A DNA stretch of 64,000 nucleotides from Planctomycetota bacterium. GTDB taxonomy: Bacteria > Planctomycetota > GCA-002687715 > DRQF01. Below are positions 60,566 through 64,000 of this stretch, one piece after another; positions within the stretch are counted from its first letter, which is position 1; each line of letters opens with the position of its first letter. The stretch lies in contig JALTLO010000141.1 of assembly GCA_027001995.1 (NCBI GenBank), forward strand, positions 41,753 through 105,752. Direction: 5' to 3'. Both the position numbers and the translations under genes were made by a program. The notes below the pieces were generated by a model. It did not search any database. It was given only the letters and a program-made list of their open reading frames with translations, and was not told the DNA's origin.

Positions 60566-62170
60566 TCAGTCTTCCACAGAGCGGGCATATCGGCTGACAA
60601 GAGATTCCGCTGCTCGCCAACCGTCCACCGCGGCGCTTACAATTCCACCGGCATACCCAGCCCCCTCTCCCACTGGGTAGAGACCTTCGATGCTCACTGA
60701 CTCCAACGTTTCGGATTGCCGAAGAATTCTCACCGGGGCCGAAGATCGTGCCTCAGGCCCACAGAGGATAGCATCCGGATGAATAAATCCTCTCATTTGG
60801 CGATCAAAATGCCGTATGGCAGAGCGAATGCGCTCCATAACATAGGACGGAGCCAATGCTGCAATGTTGGCTGGAATCGCCCCAGATCGACAGCTTGTGG
60901 CGGGAAGGTCGTCAGAAAGGCGATTCTCGACAAAATCGTCCAAACGCTGGGCCGGTAGCAAAAACTGGCTCCCAGCAATCTCCGCGGCCCGTTTCTCGTA
61001 TTTTTCCTGCAAACGAAGACCCCCGAGGGGGCCCACTTCCTCGAAATCTTCAGGAAAAACCGTGGTAACCAAGCCGCTATTGGCGAATCCGGTGGAACGT
61101 CCAAAAGAGCTCATGCCATTGGTGTTGAAGTGAGCGGCGTCGTGGATGGCCGGGATAATTTCTCCCCCAGGGCACATGCAGAAAGAAAAGACTCCCTCGT
61201 TCTCCACTTGGGTGGCCAAGCGATAATCCGCAGGAGGCAAATCGACGTTTGTGCTTGCCGAACCATAAATACGCCGATCAATAAAGGACTGAGCATGCTC
61301 CACCCGAAATCCCATCTGGAAGGCCTTGGGTTCGAGATCAACCCCGACGCTCAGGAGGTGGGCATAGAAATCCCGGGCGCTATGGCCTGGGGCACAGATC
61401 AAAACCTTCGTTGGAATGTCCCCAGAATCCGTCGACACGCCAACCAATGAACCATTTTGAATCTTGAGCGCCCGCACACAGCAATCATAGCGAAAAGTTC
61501 CCCCTAAACTTTCGATCTCCCGGCGCAGTTTCGCCACCACGGCCCGAACTCGATCTGAGCCCAAATGGGGTCGATAGTAGTAGCCCACTGTATCCATGCC
61601 GGAATTCTTGCGGAATTCGTCCAACACCTCTTTCGCCCGAGGATCCTTGCTGCGGGACGTAAGCTTGCCGTCGCTAAAGGTGCCTGCTCCTCCCTCGCCA
61701 AACAGATAGTTGCTCTCAGGATTGAGCTTGTGGGAACGGTAGAATTCTTCGATCTGCCGGACCCGCATATTCATCTTCGAACCTCGGTCCACGATCAGGG
61801 GGCAATAACCCTCCCGGGCCAAAACCAAGGCGGCGAAAAGACCTGCTGGTCCCTGGCCGAGAACAACAGGGCGATGATCCAGTTGTTCACTCCCGGGTAC
61901 CAATGGTTCTAAGCGTGGTGTTTCAACCCAATGAACATTCTTGTTGTCCCGACCACGAGGACGTTGTTTCGCCTGCGGTTCGTCAATGAGGTGAATGTCA
62001 ACTGTATAAACGAATTCTGGGCTGCGGCGCCGCTTGTCCATGGATTGGCGCACCAACTCCATCGATTCAACATCACTTTCGGACAGCCCCGCAGCTTTCA
62101 GAGCCCGAAGCATAACGAGAGACTCATCGTCTGTGAGGGATAAGCGAATCTGGCTTACACGAAGTGGCAT
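60566..62170 (-). CDS. FAD-dependent oxidoreductase (uncharacterised family)
   Basis: 'GQGPAGLFAA', 'FGEGGAGTFSDGKL', 'FCMCPGG', 'GEGAGYAGGIVSAAVDG'. Confidence 0.9.
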   Translation of the reverse strand: MPLRVSQIRLSLTDDESLVMLRALKAAGLSESDVESMELVRQSMDKRRRSPEFVYTVDIHLIDEPQAKQRPRGRDNKNVHWVETPRLEPLVPGSEQLDHRPVVLGQGPAGLFAALVLAREGYCPLIVDRGSKMNMRVRQIEEFYRSHKLNPESNYLFGEGGAGTFSDGKLTSRSKDPRAKEVLDEFRKNSGMDTVGYYYRPHLGSDRVRAVVAKLRREIESLGGTFRYDCCVRALKIQNGSLVGVSTDSGDIPTKVLICAPGHSARDFYAHLLSVGVDLEPKAFQMGFRVEHAQSFIDRRIYGSASTNVDLPPADYRLATQVENEGVFSFCMCPGGEIIPAIHDAAHFNTNGMSSFGRSTGFANSGLVTTVFPEDFEEVGPLGGLRLQEKYEKRAAEIAGSQFLLPAQRLDDFVENRLSDDLPATSCRSGAIPANIAALAPSYVMERIRSAIRHFDRQMRGFIHPDAILCGPEARSSAPVRILRQSETLESVSIEGLYPVGEGAGYAGGIVSAAVDGWRAAESLVSRYARSVED

Positions 62171-62206
62171 GGCTGGAGTATACGCAGTTCTTGGGCTGGC
62201 TTCAGG

Positions 62207-63043
62207 TCAAGGTCGACTCTTGAGACGCTCGCTTTGCCGACGGAGGAAATCTCTTTCGCTTTCAGTCAACTCGCCCATGCCCTGCTCGCTGATTTTGGCC
62301 AAGATTCGGTCCATTTCCTTGTTGTCGGCTTGGCGACGGCTGGCTTCAATCTTGGCCACTTTTCGTTGGCGATTCTCGCGGGCAGCACGAAAGCGTAACT
62401 CAAATTGCGGCCAGAAAAGCCCATAAACAACACCAGCAGCAGCCCCCATGAAATGAACCCCGACGGCGGTCGATGTAGCTCTTTGGTAGGCGATCACATT
62501 CAAGAGGTCCATGCCAATGATGAAGGCCGCCATGGCCGCACCGCTCACCGTCACGATGATCATGTTGACTTGAGCCCTGGGGAATTTCGCACCAAAGACT
62601 GCCACCAACCCCATGATGGCCCCCGAAGCACCAATGACGGACCTGGGATTGGCATCGATAACCAGGGCCTCCAGGGGAAAACCGAAGGCAGCGATGGCTC
62701 CCAAAGAGAGATAGACCACAACGAAGCGCTTCCGCCCCAAGTGAGGCTCGAGCATACGGCCCATCATGTAGAGAAGAAGCATGTTCCAGAACAGATGACT
62801 GGGGCCACCGTGCAGGAAGAGATAAGTCAGATAGCGCCAAACCTGAAGGCCACGCCAATTTCGCCATTGAAAGGAGAAAATATCATTGATGAGAGCGGTG
62901 CCCCGGCCAGTCACAGACCCACCTAAGAGCCAAACTAACACGGAAACAGCCACGGTGATGATGATGAGCCAAGCGGTGGCGCTCCTTTGGGGTTTCCCAA
63001 AAAGAGGGCCTTCTTGAGCGTATTGTCGATCACTCCAGGACAT
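62207..63043 (-). CDS. Rhomboid-family intramembrane serine protease
   Basis: 'HLFWNM', 'GASGA', 'HFMGA'; C-terminal 'MDRILAKIS..G...LT..E'. Confidence 0.92.
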   Translation of the reverse strand: MSWSDRQYAQEGPLFGKPQRSATAWLIIITVAVSVLVWLLGGSVTGRGTALINDIFSFQWRNWRGLQVWRYLTYLFLHGGPSHLFWNMLLLYMMGRMLEPHLGRKRFVVVYLSLGAIAAFGFPLEALVIDANPRSVIGASGAIMGLVAVFGAKFPRAQVNMIIVTVSGAAMAAFIIGMDLLNVIAYQRATSTAVGVHFMGAAAGVVYGLFWPQFELRFRAARENRQRKVAKIEASRRQADNKEMDRILAKISEQGMGELTESERDFLRRQSERLKSRP

Positions 63044-63074
63044 ATTTCACTCTAAGATTCTGACTACAAACAAC

Positions 63075-63650
63075 TTAGGACTCGGCGTCGTCTTCGGAAG
63101 CATAACATGTTTCCTTTAATACGCCGATATAAGGCAAATTGCGGTAGAGATCGGCGAAATCCAGGCCATACCCCACGACAAAGAAATCATCGACATGAAA
63201 GCCGACGTAGTCCGCTTCAATTTCCACGACTCTGCGGGCTTTCTTGTCCAAAAGAACACAGGTGCGAATATCCCTAGCCCCTTTTTCTTCCAGTAATGTC
63301 TTGACCCGCTTCAAAGTGCGCCCGGTGTCGAGGATGTCGTCCAAAAGAAGAAGACGTTTGCCAGCAAAATCGATCTTGGGGAACATCTTGATGTCCACCA
63401 CCCCAGAAGAGCTGGTTCCCTCGCCATAGCTGGATGGCTGAATGAAATCGATGTCCAGTTTCAAGGGAATTTGACGCATGAGGTCGCTGATAAAAACAAC
63501 ACCGCCCTTGAGCAGGGCCATCAAGACCAAGTGATCACCTTCATAGTCTTTAGCAATCTCCGCGCCCAGGGTGGCAAGGCGATCGCGAATTTGTTCTTCC
63601 GTAAACAGGACCTCTTTGATGTCGTCGTGCATAGTGGCAAAGCTTTCCAT
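63075..63650 (-). CDS. hpt: Hypoxanthine phosphoribosyltransferase
   Basis: 'LLKGG', 'DDILDTGRTL', 'FVVGYGLD..YRNLPYI'. Confidence 0.95.
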   Translation of the reverse strand: MESFATMHDDIKEVLFTEEQIRDRLATLGAEIAKDYEGDHLVLMALLKGGVVFISDLMRQIPLKLDIDFIQPSSYGEGTSSSGVVDIKMFPKIDFAGKRLLLLDDILDTGRTLKRVKTLLEEKGARDIRTCVLLDKKARRVVEIEADYVGFHVDDFFVVGYGLDFADLYRNLPYIGVLKETCYASEDDAES

Positions 63651-63748
63651 CTGTCTTTCTGTGGCTGGCCATGGCCAGAGGATCTCTTGATGTTAGCGTA
63701 GCCTCGCTGGAGATAAAATCCACCGCCTACACTGAGGAGAGCAGAAAA

Positions 63749-64000
63749 ATGGCCGAAATCATCGACGGAAAAGCCATCGCGAAGGCCATTCGCCAAGGAG
63801 TTAAGTCCGGGGTTCACGAGCTCATTAGGCAATCTGGAGTGACCCCCAGCATTGTCGCCGTCGCTGTTGGCCATGATGATGCCAACGCTGCCTACACCCG
63901 CAGCCAGGGCAAGACCGCAGGAAGATTGGGCATCCAATATCGCTTGGACGAGCTGGCGGAAGATATCACCTTTGAAGGTCTGAGGGAGCATTTTGAAGCT
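63749..64000 (+). CDS. folD: Methylenetetrahydrofolate dehydrogenase/cyclohydrolase, 5' part (runs off the window)
   Basis: RBS gaggag; manual translation MAEIIDGKAIAKAIR..VTPSIVAVAVGHDDANAAY..LGI; absent from the ORF track. Confidence 0.85.
   Translation, partial: MAEIIDGKAIAKAIRQGVKSGVHELIRQSGVTPSIVAVAVGHDDANAAYTRSQGKTAGRLGIQYRLDELAEDITFEGLREHFEA

Noticed and set aside
63521..63991. 156-aa minus-strand ORF
   Set aside because: Antisense shadow of folD, overlapping hpt
1..64000. CRISPR arrays, tRNA/rRNA genes, prophage or defence genes
   Set aside because: No repeat-spacer arrays, cloverleaf or rRNA signatures, or phage/defence motifs recognised by eye; very divergent elements could have been missed

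Overview
Gene-dense bacterial chromosomal segment of moderate GC (roughly 50% by eye). The gene content (outer-membrane porin and secretin, system II cytochrome c maturation, futalosine mqnA, BMC genes) suggests a diderm, possibly an uncultured Planctomycetota; this is inference only. From left to right it holds: ccsB/ccsA-nth; an ECF sigma/anti-sigma/CpxP-like/cytochrome c-PDZ operon ending in a probable selenoprotein; phoBR divergent from an OprO/P porin; SulP plus beta-carbonic anhydrase; nucleoside catabolism genes (nupC, punA, cdd, udp, a phosphohexomutase) next to a sugar-phosphate-utilisation-type microcompartment locus (three EutN/CcmL pentamers, RpiB and DeoC with N-terminal extensions); a cysteine desulfurase/BFD run with three apparently dead enzyme folds; sthA, HDOD, uppP, an ArsM-like methyltransferase and CBS; two nested IS256 remnants; HU; PTS IIA; a partial type II secretion cluster (gspDEFGHIJ); serS, mqnA, a rhomboid protease, hpt and a truncated folD. 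The probable selenoprotein is a TlpA-like redoxin with an in-frame UGA in a UxxC motif and a SECIS-like hairpin, fused to about 7 beta-propeller-like repeats; the ORF track splits it in two. An orphan terminator points to a candidate sRNA at about 14.5 kb. No rRNA, tRNA or CRISPR array was seen. All product calls come from motif recognition, without database searches.
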